From NCBI GenBank assembly GCA_963778115.1, contig CAVZSV010000005.1, positions 32,001 to 96,000 on the forward strand: a stretch of 64,000 nt of DNA. Direction: 5' to 3'. Origin of the DNA: an uncultured delta proteobacterium. Its GTDB lineage: Bacteria; Bdellovibrionota; FAC87; UBA2466. The number at the start of each line of letters is the position of its first letter. The stretch's first letter is position 1. A program made the translations under genes and the position numbers. Of the stretch, positions 1-10,630 are shown piece by piece. The notes beneath the pieces are model-generated. The model had not been told where the DNA came from and made no database searches. It saw nothing but the letters and a program-made list of their open reading frames with translations.

Positions 1-16
1 CTTTTCCCCGTCCGGA

Positions 17-1000
17 TCAGGCGGATTTCCCCATCTCATCTTCCATATAGATGCGGATAATATCGTCGAAGGATTTATCGCCCACAAAACCCAGCGCCTC
101 TGCGCGGCGCGGTGCAAAGGCCTTGGCCCAGCCGCTGACGATCCGTTCAATGACCGGGTCCGGCGCGCGGCGGATCAGGCGGACGGCGTCAGAGCCCGCA
201 ATCCGCTCTAACGCCGCGATCTCTTCCGCGACGGTGACAGAGAGCCCCGGCAGATTGATATTGCGCCGTGCGCCGAGCGGGGCGAGGTCGATGGACGCTG
301 CGTGGCTCAATGCGCCGACCGCGGCGCGCGGGCTGGCAAACCAGTGTCGCACGGAATCCGCCACCGGCAGCACCGCTTCGACCCCGTTTAGCGGCTCGCG
401 AATGATGCCTGAGAAAAAGCCGGACGCCGCGAGGTTGGGCTTGCCGGGGCGGACGCAGATGGTCGGCAGGCGGAGGCCGATCCCATCCATGAAACCACGC
501 CGCGTGTAATCCGCCAGCAGCAACTCGCCCATCGCCTTTTGCGCGCCGTAGCTGGTCAGCGGCGTCGTCACGAAATCATCGTCGATGACATCCGGGAACG
601 GCGCTCCGAAGACGGCAATCGACGAGGTGAAGACGACACGCGGGCAATAGGAAGAATGCGCATGTTCCAGCCGGATCGCCTCGAACAGGTGGCGCGTGCC
701 GTCCAGGTTGATGCTGTAGCCTTTCTCGAAATTCGCTTCCGCCTCGCCTGAAACAATCGCGGCGAGATGGAAGATGACATCCGGCCGCTCGCTGACGGCG
801 CGCTTTGCGGTATCGGGGAGCGCGATATTCGCGGCGTAGCGATTAACCCGTCCAGTAAATCCTTCGGGTGCACCGGGCTCGATGACGTCGATCAGCGTCA
901 GCGCATCGATGGTCTTCTCACCGAGAGAACCCGTATTCGTGAGCGAGGCGATCAGTTTGCGGCCAATCATGCCCGCTGCGCCGAGGATTAACACATGCAT
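17..1000 (-). CDS. denD: D-erythronate dehydrogenase-like extended SDR (NAD-dependent epimerase/dehydratase family)
   Basis: GAAGMIG Rossmann motif, HLAAIVSGEAE, SYGAQK (YxxxK), RPGKPNLAASGFFS; directly downstream of otnK. Confidence 0.8.
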   Translation of the reverse strand: MHVLILGAAGMIGRKLIASLTNTGSLGEKTIDALTLIDVIEPGAPEGFTGRVNRYAANIALPDTAKRAVSERPDVIFHLAAIVSGEAEANFEKGYSINLDGTRHLFEAIRLEHAHSSYCPRVVFTSSIAVFGAPFPDVIDDDFVTTPLTSYGAQKAMGELLLADYTRRGFMDGIGLRLPTICVRPGKPNLAASGFFSGIIREPLNGVEAVLPVADSVRHWFASPRAAVGALSHAASIDLAPLGARRNINLPGLSVTVAEEIAALERIAGSDAVRLIRRAPDPVIERIVSGWAKAFAPRRAEALGFVGDKSFDDIIRIYMEDEMGKSA

Positions 1001-1025
1001 GTTCTTGAACTTTCCTGATTGCTTT

Positions 1026-2300
1026 TTATTGCATCATGCCGAGCGCGCGCGCGAAGAAATCCCTGCCCCCGAAATTGCCCGACTTTAAAGCGAGCAGCAT
1101 GGCGCGCGCATCTCCGGCGCTGCGTAATACGGGCACACCGGGCGCGATTTCCGGGCCGACCTGGAACGCCTTGATGCCGAGCCGATCCACAATCGCGCCG
1201 GAGGTTTCACCGCCCGCGACGATCAGGCGCCGGACACCGTGTTCAACCAGGCCTTCGCCGATTTCCGCGAGGCAATGCTCGATCCGGGCGCTGACATGGT
1301 TGGGCTTATGTTGCGCCTGCAACGCGGCCACGACTTCCGGCGTTGCGCTGCTGGCGATCAATACCGGGCCGCTTCCAAGTTTTTCGCTCGCCCAGTTCAG
1401 CGCATCGATGGCGACGGGCTCGCCCGCCAACAGTCGTGTGACATCCAGCCGCAAAACAGGCATCGTGTTTTCGGCAACACGTATCTGCTCCAACGTCGCC
1501 TGAGAGCAACTGCCGGCAAGAATCGCAACCTTTCCGCCGACTTCCAGTTCGGACGCGGCGGGCACCTGCCGCATTGTGCAGTGCTTCGCCGCGATCAACG
1601 CCCTGGCAAGGCCCAGGCCGAGGCCGGACGCACCGACAGAGATGGGATTTTGCAGCGCCGCAGCGCCGATCGCCTGCAAATGCCGGTCCAGAATGGTATC
1701 GACAATCGCAGCACCTTTGCCTTCTTCCGCGAGTTGCCCCATGGCCTGCTGAACTGCCGCCTCGCCCGCTTCAACCGTCGCAAAAGGAATGAGCCCCACC
1801 GGATGCGCGCTCTGGCGTGCCAGCACGCGCACCAAATTCGAATCACGCATCGGGTTGAGCGGATGGTCCTTCAGCGGGCTTTCGTTCAGCGGCACGGAGC
1901 CGACGAAGAGATTGCCGAGATAAACCGTCCGTCCGGTTTCCGGGAAGGCCGGCGTGACCACCACCGGCCCGCTGCCGGCATCCGCGCGCAGCGCATCCAT
2001 AACCTGGCCGATATTTCCTTGATCGGTTAAGTTGAAGGTGGAGCATATTTTGAACAAAACATGCCGCGCGCCCTGCTTGCGCAGCCAATCCGCCGCCTTG
2101 CGCGATAGGGCGACGGCGTCCTCCGCCGGAATCGAGCGGCTCTTTAACGCGACAACAATCGCATCGGCATCGATAAAATCAAGCTCGGGGCCTGGAACAC
2201 CGATGGTCTGCACCGTGCGCAACCCCGCGCGTGCGAGCGTGTTGGCAAGGTCCGATGCACCCGTATAATCATCCGCGACGGAACCAAGAACCAGTGTCAT
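1026..2300 (-). CDS. otnK: 3-oxo-tetronate kinase (four-carbon acid sugar kinase family, DUF1537)
   Basis: ADDYTGASD, ALKSRS, KICSTF, GSCS, AGGETSG and LKSGNFG motifs; clustered with otnI and otnC. Confidence 0.85.
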   Translation of the reverse strand: MTLVLGSVADDYTGASDLANTLARAGLRTVQTIGVPGPELDFIDADAIVVALKSRSIPAEDAVALSRKAADWLRKQGARHVLFKICSTFNLTDQGNIGQVMDALRADAGSGPVVVTPAFPETGRTVYLGNLFVGSVPLNESPLKDHPLNPMRDSNLVRVLARQSAHPVGLIPFATVEAGEAAVQQAMGQLAEEGKGAAIVDTILDRHLQAIGAAALQNPISVGASGLGLGLARALIAAKHCTMRQVPAASELEVGGKVAILAGSCSQATLEQIRVAENTMPVLRLDVTRLLAGEPVAIDALNWASEKLGSGPVLIASSATPEVVAALQAQHKPNHVSARIEHCLAEIGEGLVEHGVRRLIVAGGETSGAIVDRLGIKAFQVGPEIAPGVPVLRSAGDARAMLLALKSGNFGGRDFFARALGMMQ

Positions 2301-3094
2301 GCGCTGCGTCCGCGATAGGGTTTAAACCAGCCCAAACCCTCAAGGGTTTTGCCGCGCGGCCGGTATTCGCAGCCGATATACCCCGCATAGCCCAACCGTT
2401 CCAGCTCCTCGAAAAGGAATGGATAGTTCAACTCCTCAACATCCGGTTCATTTCGCGACGGCACACTGGCAATCTGCACATGGCCGATAATGTCCCTGTA
2501 TTTGCGCAACCGCGTCGTCACATCGCCATGGATGATCTGGCAATGATAAATATCGAACTGCAATTTCAGATTCGGCAGCGCCAGATCGGTGATCAGTGCG
2601 GCTGCGGTATCGACATTGTTCAGGAAATATCCTGGCATATCACGCGAATTTATCGGTTCCAGCACGAGATCGATCTGTTCGGCGCCAAGCACCTCCGCCA
2701 CGTGCCGCACGGCGGTTTTATAACGGGCCATTGCGTTCGGATCGTCCGCCTGGGCGATCCCAGCCATCAGATGCAGGCGCCTGGCACCGGTCATCTGCGC
2801 ATAATACACTGCCTGCTCGAGTGCGGCCTCCAACTCCGTCTCCCGCCCGGGCAATGCCGCCAGGCCACGCTCGCCGGCGGCAAAGTCGCCAGGATATATA
2901 TTGAACAATGCCTGGGTGAGTTGATGGCGCTCCAACAGATTGGCGATTTCATCCGCACCGTGGTCGTAGGGAAATAAATACTCAACGGCGGTAAAGCCCG
3001 CATCGGCGGCGGCCGCAAAGCGGTCCAGAAAACTCCACTCATTGAACATAAACGATAGATTGGCCGCGAAATTAAGCACGTTTGTTTGCTCCAT
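2297..3094 (-). CDS. otnI: 2-oxo-tetronate isomerase / hydroxypyruvate isomerase family
   Basis: FAANLSFMF, EPIN..DMPGYF, FDIYHCQ, GHVQIA, GCEY motifs; start ATG 3094 or GTG 3079; stop overlaps the otnK start. Confidence 0.8.
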   Translation of the reverse strand: MEQTNVLNFAANLSFMFNEWSFLDRFAAAADAGFTAVEYLFPYDHGADEIANLLERHQLTQALFNIYPGDFAAGERGLAALPGRETELEAALEQAVYYAQMTGARRLHLMAGIAQADDPNAMARYKTAVRHVAEVLGAEQIDLVLEPINSRDMPGYFLNNVDTAAALITDLALPNLKLQFDIYHCQIIHGDVTTRLRKYRDIIGHVQIASVPSRNEPDVEELNYPFLFEELERLGYAGYIGCEYRPRGKTLEGLGWFKPYRGRSA

Positions 3095-3198
3095 CTTGTT
3101 ATAGGCGTGCGGACGTATCGCCGTCATTGTCAAAGAAATTAGAACAGCGCTATCCTGTCCGCAAGGTGGGCGCACTGATATGATAATGCCCGCCATTT

Positions 3199-3909
3199 AT
3201 GCCCGGAGACAGCGCCGTGACCGATTCAGAGGAAACAAAACTACGCGAGAGTATCTGCCGCTATGGCCGGTCTTTGTTCGAGCGCGGGCTAACACCGGGA
3301 TCTTCCGGCAATATCAGCCTGAGGCTGGACGACGGCGGATGGCTGGTCACGCCGACCAATGCATCCCTCGGATTTCTCGATCCGGCGACGCTCTCCAGGC
3401 TCGATGCGAACGGAAGGTTGTTGCACGGCAATGCGCCGACCAAGGAGATCCCCCTGCACAGCGCCTTGTATAAATCACGGCAAAGCGCGCGCGCGATCGT
3501 GCATCTTCATTCCACGCATTCGGTCGCCGTCTCGATGTTGCCGGGCATTGATCCAAAAGCCGTGTTACCTCCCCTCACCCCGTACTACCTGATGCGCGTG
3601 GGCAATACTGCTTTGGTGCCGTATTATCGGCCGGGTGACCCCGCCGTGGCCGATGCCATTCGCGGCCTTGCCGGAAAGCACGCCGCGGTGTTGCTCGCCA
3701 ATCACGGGCCGGTCGTTGCGGGAACATCCCTGGAAGCCGCCGTTTTCGCAACCGAGGAGCTGGAGGAGACCGCGAAGCTCTATTTGCTCCTGCGCAACCT
3801 CAACCCGCGAACGTTATCGCCGGGCCAGATCGCCGATCTCGCGGCGACCTTCAAACTGAACGATCTGATGCACGGGGATGAAGATGCGGCCGAGCACACG
3901 CATGGCTAA
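3199..3909 (+). CDS. otnC: 3-oxo-tetronate 4-phosphate decarboxylase (class II aldolase family)
   Basis: GSSGNIS, PTKEIPLH, VHLHSTH, LLANHGPV, EELEETAKL motifs; cluster context. Confidence 0.85.
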   Translation: MPGDSAVTDSEETKLRESICRYGRSLFERGLTPGSSGNISLRLDDGGWLVTPTNASLGFLDPATLSRLDANGRLLHGNAPTKEIPLHSALYKSRQSARAIVHLHSTHSVAVSMLPGIDPKAVLPPLTPYYLMRVGNTALVPYYRPGDPAVADAIRGLAGKHAAVLLANHGPVVAGTSLEAAVFATEELEETAKLYLLLRNLNPRTLSPGQIADLAATFKLNDLMHGDEDAAEHTHG

Positions 3910-4270
3910 TCCCCTGCTCGCTTTGCGAAGCGGTTGATTACTGAAATTTAACAAAAAGAATACATGGTTTATTATCTTTTTCTTGTCGCACCGCGTAACC
4001 CGGTGTAGCCTAAGGTTGAATAAGCAGGCTACATTACCAAACTACATTACAGCATATCGCATAAGATTTAAGTCCGTTTGATCATTCGTTGCTTTTATCT
4101 CAGAGCTACAGGCTGCTGAATATTTAAGAATACCCAGCCCGATAATGGGCTGCCTTTTGAGGTCTAAACCGGAAGTTTGTCGGCCTCCGCATAAATCATG
4201 TTCGCGGATCCATTTTGCCGTTCCGAGATTTTTATCGATTTGAAGCGAATTTATATTTGGAGAAATTTGA

Positions 4271-5707
4271 ATGTCCGTCACCACGATCGACCAGCCAGGT
4301 ACGCTCACCGCCCTGCTCACTTTATCCACCGGCGAAGATTATGTCATTCAGCATGACACCTCTTCTACCGCCGCTGTCGTTGTCACCCTGACACCCACCG
4401 TCGGCCTGACGCTGGGCGATATATATACCGTTCAGGACGGTGCAACACTCGTGGCGGAAACTGGAATTTCCGCTGGTTTTGGCAACGAATTTGTCATCGG
4501 GCCGGGTGGAACATTCGAGCAGTTATCCGGGCTTGGCGCAAACGTGCTGAGCGAGGTTTCGTTTGCGGGCGGAACCGTTGGGGGAGAACTCGTGATCGGC
4601 ACGGGCATCAGCCTGTCCGTGCTCAGCAGTATTTCCGGATTCAGCAATCATGACACGATCGACCTGCAGGGTATCGGCACGCCCGTCAGCTTTACGGATT
4701 CCTACAGCGCCGGCGACACGTATTTTACCATCACGACAGGTTCCGGAACCGATACGTTCGAACTTCACGGCAACCTCACAAACAACACCTTCTCGCTGGC
4801 ATCAGACGGCAATGGCGGCATCCTGTTCGTCGATGCGCCCTGCTTCTGCGAAGGTACGCTGATCCGGACGGAGACGGGCGAAACCCGTGTGGAGCAGCTC
4901 CAAATCGGCGACATGGTGCAAACCCATAGCGGTGCTGCACGGCGGATCAAATGGATCGGCAACCGGAGCTATGACGGCAAATTCATCGCGGGCAACCATC
5001 TGATGCTGCCCATCTGCATCAAGGCCGATGCCATCGCGGACGGCGTGCCCGCGCGCAACCTGCATGTCTCCCCGGGCCACGCAATCTATTGCTCCGGCAC
5101 GTTGGTGCCCGCTTGGAGGCTGGTAAATGGCGTTAGCATCACCCAGGCTGAGCAGGTCGACCGGGTGACCTATTACCATGTCGAGCTTGAGAGCCATGAC
5201 GTGATTTTCGCCGAAAACTGCCCGGCGGAGAGTTTTCTCGATGATACGGGCTTCCGCGGCCAGTTCCACAACGCCGCCGAGTTCTCTGCGCTTTATCCCG
5301 AGGACAAAGCCGCACCGGGCTTGGAGCGGACAGAAAGCGGGTATTTGCTGGCTGCCATCCAACGCCAGCTTGCTGCCCGTGCAGGCGTGGTTCTACCGAC
5401 CTTACAGATCGGCGCGCTGCAAGGCTTCGTCGACCAGGCGGGGCCCTGCACGGTCTCCGGGTGGGCGCAAAACGCTGATGCGCCGGAAGCCCCCGTCTCC
5501 CTGGATATTATAAACAATGGCCGCCGCGTGGCGCGTGTGCTCGCCAATCTCTATCGCGCGGATTTGCGCAAAGCGGGCCTGGGCAGTGGCTGCCATGGTT
5601 TTGAAGTCCACTTCCCCACCGGATTGAGCGGGCAGATCGAAGTTCGGCGCACGGTAGACCAAATCGCGCTCAATAGGACCACGGAAGCGATGGTCCGCGC
5701 GGCATAG
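4271..5707 (+). CDS. Hint (Hedgehog/intein-like) domain protein with Gly/Thr-rich N-terminal region
   Basis: PCFCEGTLIRT Hint start (Cys codon at 4841), LHVSPGHAI, YYHVELESHDVIFAENCPAESFLD; C-terminal GFVD..VSGWAQ..ANLYRADL..HGF domain. Confidence 0.85.
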   Translation: MSVTTIDQPGTLTALLTLSTGEDYVIQHDTSSTAAVVVTLTPTVGLTLGDIYTVQDGATLVAETGISAGFGNEFVIGPGGTFEQLSGLGANVLSEVSFAGGTVGGELVIGTGISLSVLSSISGFSNHDTIDLQGIGTPVSFTDSYSAGDTYFTITTGSGTDTFELHGNLTNNTFSLASDGNGGILFVDAPCFCEGTLIRTETGETRVEQLQIGDMVQTHSGAARRIKWIGNRSYDGKFIAGNHLMLPICIKADAIADGVPARNLHVSPGHAIYCSGTLVPAWRLVNGVSITQAEQVDRVTYYHVELESHDVIFAENCPAESFLDDTGFRGQFHNAAEFSALYPEDKAAPGLERTESGYLLAAIQRQLAARAGVVLPTLQIGALQGFVDQAGPCTVSGWAQNADAPEAPVSLDIINNGRRVARVLANLYRADLRKAGLGSGCHGFEVHFPTGLSGQIEVRRTVDQIALNRTTEAMVRAA

Positions 5708-5720
5708 AGCCGATGCTGGC

Positions 5721-5762
5721 CCATGCGGCGGGAATGATTCCCGCCGCATGGCGGAATTTTTT
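5721..5762 (+). terminator. Probable intrinsic terminator after the Hint gene
   Basis: Inverted repeat CCATGCGGCGGGAAT / ATTCCCGCCGCATGG followed by a T run. Confidence 0.6.
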
Positions 5763-5843
5763 CCAGATAAACGCAAAACATCCTCGACCAACGCAGTAAA
5801 GCGCGTCAGTCGAGGATGTTTGAGTTTTGGCTCTTGAAAAGAT

Positions 5844-5918
5844 TGGTGAGCCCGGTGGGGGTCGAACCCACGGCCATTCGATTAAAAGTCGAATGCTCTA
5901 CCACTGAGCTACAGGCTC
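5844..5918 (-). tRNA. tRNA-Lys (anticodon UUU)
   Basis: Reverse complement GAGCCTGTAGCTCAGTGGTAGAGCATTCGACTTTTAATCGAATGGCCGTGGGTTCGACCCCCACCGGGCTCACCA folds as a cloverleaf with TTT anticodon, GTTCGA T-loop and encoded CCA. Confidence 0.97.
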
Positions 5919-6040
5919 TCCTGACGGGGGGTGAACCAGATTTATACCCCCCAAGTCAAGTGACAGGACCGGGAGGCAGCCTAATTTAACGGAAACCGTG
6001 GCCCGGCCCCAGTTAAATCAAGGCATGCCTCCCGGAGAAA

Positions 6041-6593
6041 TTAGCTCACCACCGTCATCTTGAGGATCGAATTCGGGATCGGCCACCGAGCCGCTCTGCC
6101 CGGCGCCCTTTTTGATCTGCTGCACGGCATCCATGCCCGCGGTAACCTGGCCGACGATGGTGTACTGGCCATCCAGGAAGGTCGCCGGTGCGAAGCAGAT
6201 GAAGAACTGGCTGTTGGCGGAGTTCGGATCGGACGTGCGGGCCATGCCGACGGTGCCGGTCAGGAAGCTCGCATCGTTGGTGAACTCGGCCGGCAGGTCC
6301 GGCAGGGAGGAGCCATTCATGCCGGTATTGGTCGGATCGCCCGTCTGCGCCATGAAGCCGGCGATCACGCGGAAAAACTTGCAGCCATTGTAAAAGCCCT
6401 GGGCGCTCAGCGTCCGCAGCCGCTCAGCGGCGAGCGGCGCCAGATCCGGCCGCAACTCGATGGTCACCGGACCATAGGTCAGCTCCATCAGCAAGGTGTT
6501 CGAGACAGCGGCGCCTGCGGATTCGGTCATCATCATTTCCGTTAAAAAAGGGGCTGCGCTTGCAGCGGTTAACAAGGTTCGACGTTTCAACAT
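6041..6593 (-). CDS. Cyclophilin-type peptidyl-prolyl isomerase, exported (probable indel near the 3' end)
   Basis: FFRVIAGFMAQTGDP, GTVGMAR, SANSQFFI, LDGQYT motifs; KRRTLL twin-Arg-like leader; expected ending ILKMTVVS* is in another frame. Confidence 0.88.
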
Positions 6594-6595
6594 GG

Positions 6596-7099
6596 TCACT
6601 TCCTAAGTTTGGCCAATGTCCGTTCATGCGTAAGCTTGGGCACAAAGGAGGAAATGTCACCCCCGAGGGCCGCGATATCCTTCACAAAACGCGAAGAAAT
6701 GAACTGGTGATGTTCGCTCGCCATCAGGAACACGGTCTCGATCTTGCTGTCCAGCCGGTAATTCATCCCCGCCATCTGGAACTCGTAATCGAAATCCGAC
6801 ACCGCGCGCAGGCCGCGCACGATCATCTGCGCGCCGACCTCGTTGGCAAAGGCGATCAGCAGCGTCTCGAACGGCCGCACCAGGATCTCGGTGCCGGTCT
6901 TCGCGGCAATCGGCGCGATCTCCTCACGCACCAGCTCAGCGCGCTCTTCCAGGCTGAAAATCGGCCCCTTGCCGGCATTCATCGCAACGCCGACCACCAG
7001 CCTGTCCACCAGCCGCGCGGCGCGGGCGATGATATCGACATGCCCGTTGGTGATCGGGTCGAACGTGCCGGGATAGAGCGCGATGCGCGGCTCAGGCAT
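6596..7099 (-). CDS. coaD: Phosphopantetheine adenylyltransferase
   Basis: YPGTFDPITNGH, RGLRAVSDFDYEFQMA, ISSRFVK. Confidence 0.96.
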   Translation of the reverse strand: MPEPRIALYPGTFDPITNGHVDIIARAARLVDRLVVGVAMNAGKGPIFSLEERAELVREEIAPIAAKTGTEILVRPFETLLIAFANEVGAQMIVRGLRAVSDFDYEFQMAGMNYRLDSKIETVFLMASEHHQFISSRFVKDIAALGGDISSFVPKLTHERTLAKLRK

Positions 7100-9858
7100 C
7101 TTCACCCTCCTGGTCTTGGCCCGATTCCTGGTCCTGCCCGTTTTCCTGCTCCAGCACAGGGAACACGGAGGTAACACGCTCGTCATCGTCCAACCGGAAG
7201 AGGGTCACGCCCATCACGGAGCGGCCGGTGATGCGCACCTGGTCCACCGGCACGCGGATCAGCCGCCCGCCATCGGTCACCAGCATCACGTCATCGCCCA
7301 TCGCGCACCTGGAAGCTGGCGGCGACCGCCTTGCCGTTGCGGCGCGCATTCAGGGTGATGTTGGCAATGCCCTGCCCGCCACGGCCGGTGACGCGGTATT
7401 CATAGGCCGAGGAGCGTTTGCCGAAGCCCGAATCGGTGACGGTGAGCAGAATTTCCTCCGCCGCCGCCAGTTCGGCGATTCGCGCTTCCGGCAGGGCGAT
7501 ATCGGCGACCGCCTCGTCCGATTCGCCCTGTTCCGCCGCCTCTTCATCGCCGTTGCGGCGCTGTGCGACGGCATATTTCAGATAGGCCGCGCGTTCATCC
7601 GGCGTTGCGTCCACATGGCGCAGCACGGAGAGGCTCATCACCTCATCCTCCGCGCCGAGCTTGATCCCGCGCACGCCGGCCGAATCGCGGCCGGAGAACA
7701 CGCGCAGATTCTCGTCGGTAATCTGGAAGCGGATGCAGCGGCCAAGCTTGGTGGCCAGGAACACGTCATCGCCGTCCCGGCAGGTCGCGACACCGATCAG
7801 CCGGTCGCCCTCATCCAGCTTCATCGCAATCAAGCCCGGCGGCGCGAACATTGTTGAAATCCGCAAGCTTGTTCCGCCGCACGCCGCCGCTGGCGGTGGC
7901 AAAGACCAGATGCAGATTCTCCCACAGGCTCTCATCCTGCGGCAGCGGCAGCACGGTGGTGATCTCATCCTTGCCCAGTTCCGGCAGCAGATTGATCAGC
8001 GCGCGGCCCTTGGCGGTGGTGGTCGCTTCGGGAAGTCTCCAGACTTTCTCGCGGAAAGCCTTGCCGCCGGAGGAGAAGAACAGCACAAATTGATGCGTAT
8101 GCGCATTGAAGCTGCGGGTCACCACGTCATCGCCGCGCGTGGAAGTCGCCGAACGCCCGCGCCCGCCGCGATTCTGCGCACGGAAGGTTTCCAGCGAGGT
8201 GCGCTTGATGAAACCATCGCGCGTCAGCGTCACCACCATCTGGCCGGGCTCGATCAGGCTCTCATCATCCTGGTCGGTATCCAGATCCTCGATGGTGGAT
8301 TTGCGCGCCGAGGCGATTTTCAAGCGCGCCGCGATCAGCTCGTCGCGCATCACTTCCAGCCGGCGAATGCGCGAGCCGATGATTTCCAGAAGTTCCGTGA
8401 TCCGGGCCGCAACTTCCGTCAAGCTCGGCCTGGATCTTCTCGCGCTCCAGGCCGGTCAGCCGGGCCAGGCGCAGTTCCAGAATGCCGCGCGCCTGCGCAT
8501 CGGTCAGGCGCATGGTGTTATCGGCGCTGATGGTATTGCCGACATCGTCGATCAGCGCCAGCAACGGTGCGACATCTTCCGCCGGCCAGTGGCGTTCCAT
8601 CAGCGCCGCGCGCGCCGCGTTGGAATCCGGGCTGCCGCGAATGATCCTGATCACCTCATCGATATTCGCAACCGCCGTGGCAAGGCCGATCAGCAGATGC
8701 GCCCGGTCGCGCGCCTTGTTCAGCTCGAAGCGCGCGCGCCGCAGAATCACTTCCTCGCGGAATTCCACAAAGCAGACCAGCAGTTCTTTCAAACCCATCT
8801 GGCGCGGCTTGCCCTTATCCAGGGCCAGCATGTTGATGCCAAAACTGGTCTGCAGATTGGTGAACCGGTAGAGCTGGTTCAGCACCACCTCGCCGGTCGC
8901 ATCGCGCTTCAGCTCGATCACGATCCGCATGCCCTCGCGGTCGCTCTCATCGCGCAGATCCGCGATGCCTTCGATATCCTTCGCGCGCACCAGCTCCGCG
9001 ATGCGCTCCAGCAGCGTGGATTTATTCACCTGATACGGGATTTCCGTCACCACGATCGCATCGCGGTCCTTGCGGATCTGCTCGATGCTCGCACGCGCGC
9101 GGATGGTGATGGAGCCGCGCCCGGTCTCGAACGCCGAGCGGATGCCCGAGCGCCCGAGGATAATCCCGGAGGTCGGAAAATCCGGGCCCGGCACGATCGC
9201 CATCAGTTCTTCCAGCGTAATGTCGGGATTCTGCGATCAACGCCAGCGTCGCGTCCAAAATCTCGGCCGGGTTATGCGGCGGAATATTCGTCGCCATGCC
9301 GACGGCGATGCCGTTCGAGCCATTGATCAGCAGGTTGGGGAACGCGGCGGGGAGCACGCGCGGCTCCTGCTCGCTTTCATCGTAATTCGGCTGGAAATCG
9401 ACCGTATCCTTGTCGATATCGTTCAGCAGCAGCATCGCCGCCGGGTCCAGCCGCATTTCGGTATAACGCATCGCCGCCGGCATATCGCCGTCGATCGAGC
9501 CGAAATTCCCCTGCCCGTCGATCAGCGGCAGGCGCATCGAGAAATCCTGCGCCATACGCACGGCGGCCAGATAAATCGCGCTGTCGCCATGCGGATGGTA
9601 TTTACCCATCACGTCACCGGTCATACGCGCGGATTTGCGGTACGGCTTGTCGGGCGTGTTGCCGGCCTCGTTCATCGCGTACAAAATCCGCCGATGCACC
9701 GGCTTCAACCCATCCCGCGCATCCGGCAACGCGCGGGAGACGATAACGGACATCGCATAGTCCAGATAGGACTTGCGCATCTCCTGCTCGATCGAGACAG
9801 GCTCCATCCCGCGCGGCGGTTCGGCGCCGCCGCCGGCTTCGTCGGTGATATCGTTCAT
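7092..9858 (-). CDS. gyrA: DNA gyrase subunit A (split over five ORFs by apparent sequencing indels)
   Basis: [42 protein letters not shown], GyrA-box QNRGGRG, C-terminal pinwheel repeats; gyrA-coaD-cyclophilin synteny. Confidence 0.95.
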
Positions 9859-10024
9859 GTCAGATCATGCAGACGAGGGAGGAGGCGGCAAATGAGTTGC
9901 CGGACCGGAGGTAACACACTGAGATCATTAACAAATTTATCCTGAGTTCAGGGCAAACCATAGCATAAATCTGTCATGGTTACAAACCGCGCGGCAATTC
10001 AGGCAGGCCGACGGCCTGAAGCTT

Positions 10025-10630
10025 TCAGCCGCCTTGCACCTGCCGCTCAGTCGCAAGCCTTGCCGCCCGCAGCACCGCCCGCAAATCCGCGAGTGCGGTA
10101 TCGAAATCCGCGTTCTCCACGGTGAAATCGAACTCCTGCGCGTGGGCTCATTTCCGCCTCGGCATGGGCCATCCGCCGCTCGATCTGCTGCCGCATCATC
10201 GCCCCGCCCGACCAGCCGCGTCTCCAGCGCCTCCAGCGATGGCGGCTTGATGAACACGCCCACCACGTCCGCCGGCATCGCCGCGCGGAGCTGCCGGTAG
10301 CCCTGCCAGTCGATATCGAACAGCACATCGCCGCCCTGCTGCCAGCATGCGTCTCCACCGGCACCCGCGGCGTGCCGTAGGAGCGCCCGAACACATAGGC
10401 ATGTTCCAGCAGCGCGCCATTGCGGACCATCTCGTCGAATTTCTGCTGATCGACAAAATAATAATGCTTGCCTTCAACTTCTCCCATCCGCGGCGCCCGC
10501 GTGGTGACGCTGACCGAGAGCGAAGCTGCGGATCCTCGGCCAGCAGCGCCCGCGACAGCGAGGTCTTGCCCGCCCCGGAAGGTGCCGCCAGCACCAGGCA
10601 CAAGCCCCCGCGCTGCGGCGGATTATTCAA
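10025..10630 (-). CDS. gmk: Guanylate kinase (frameshifted in this sequence)
   Basis: [54 protein letters not shown] distributed across frames. Confidence 0.92.
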
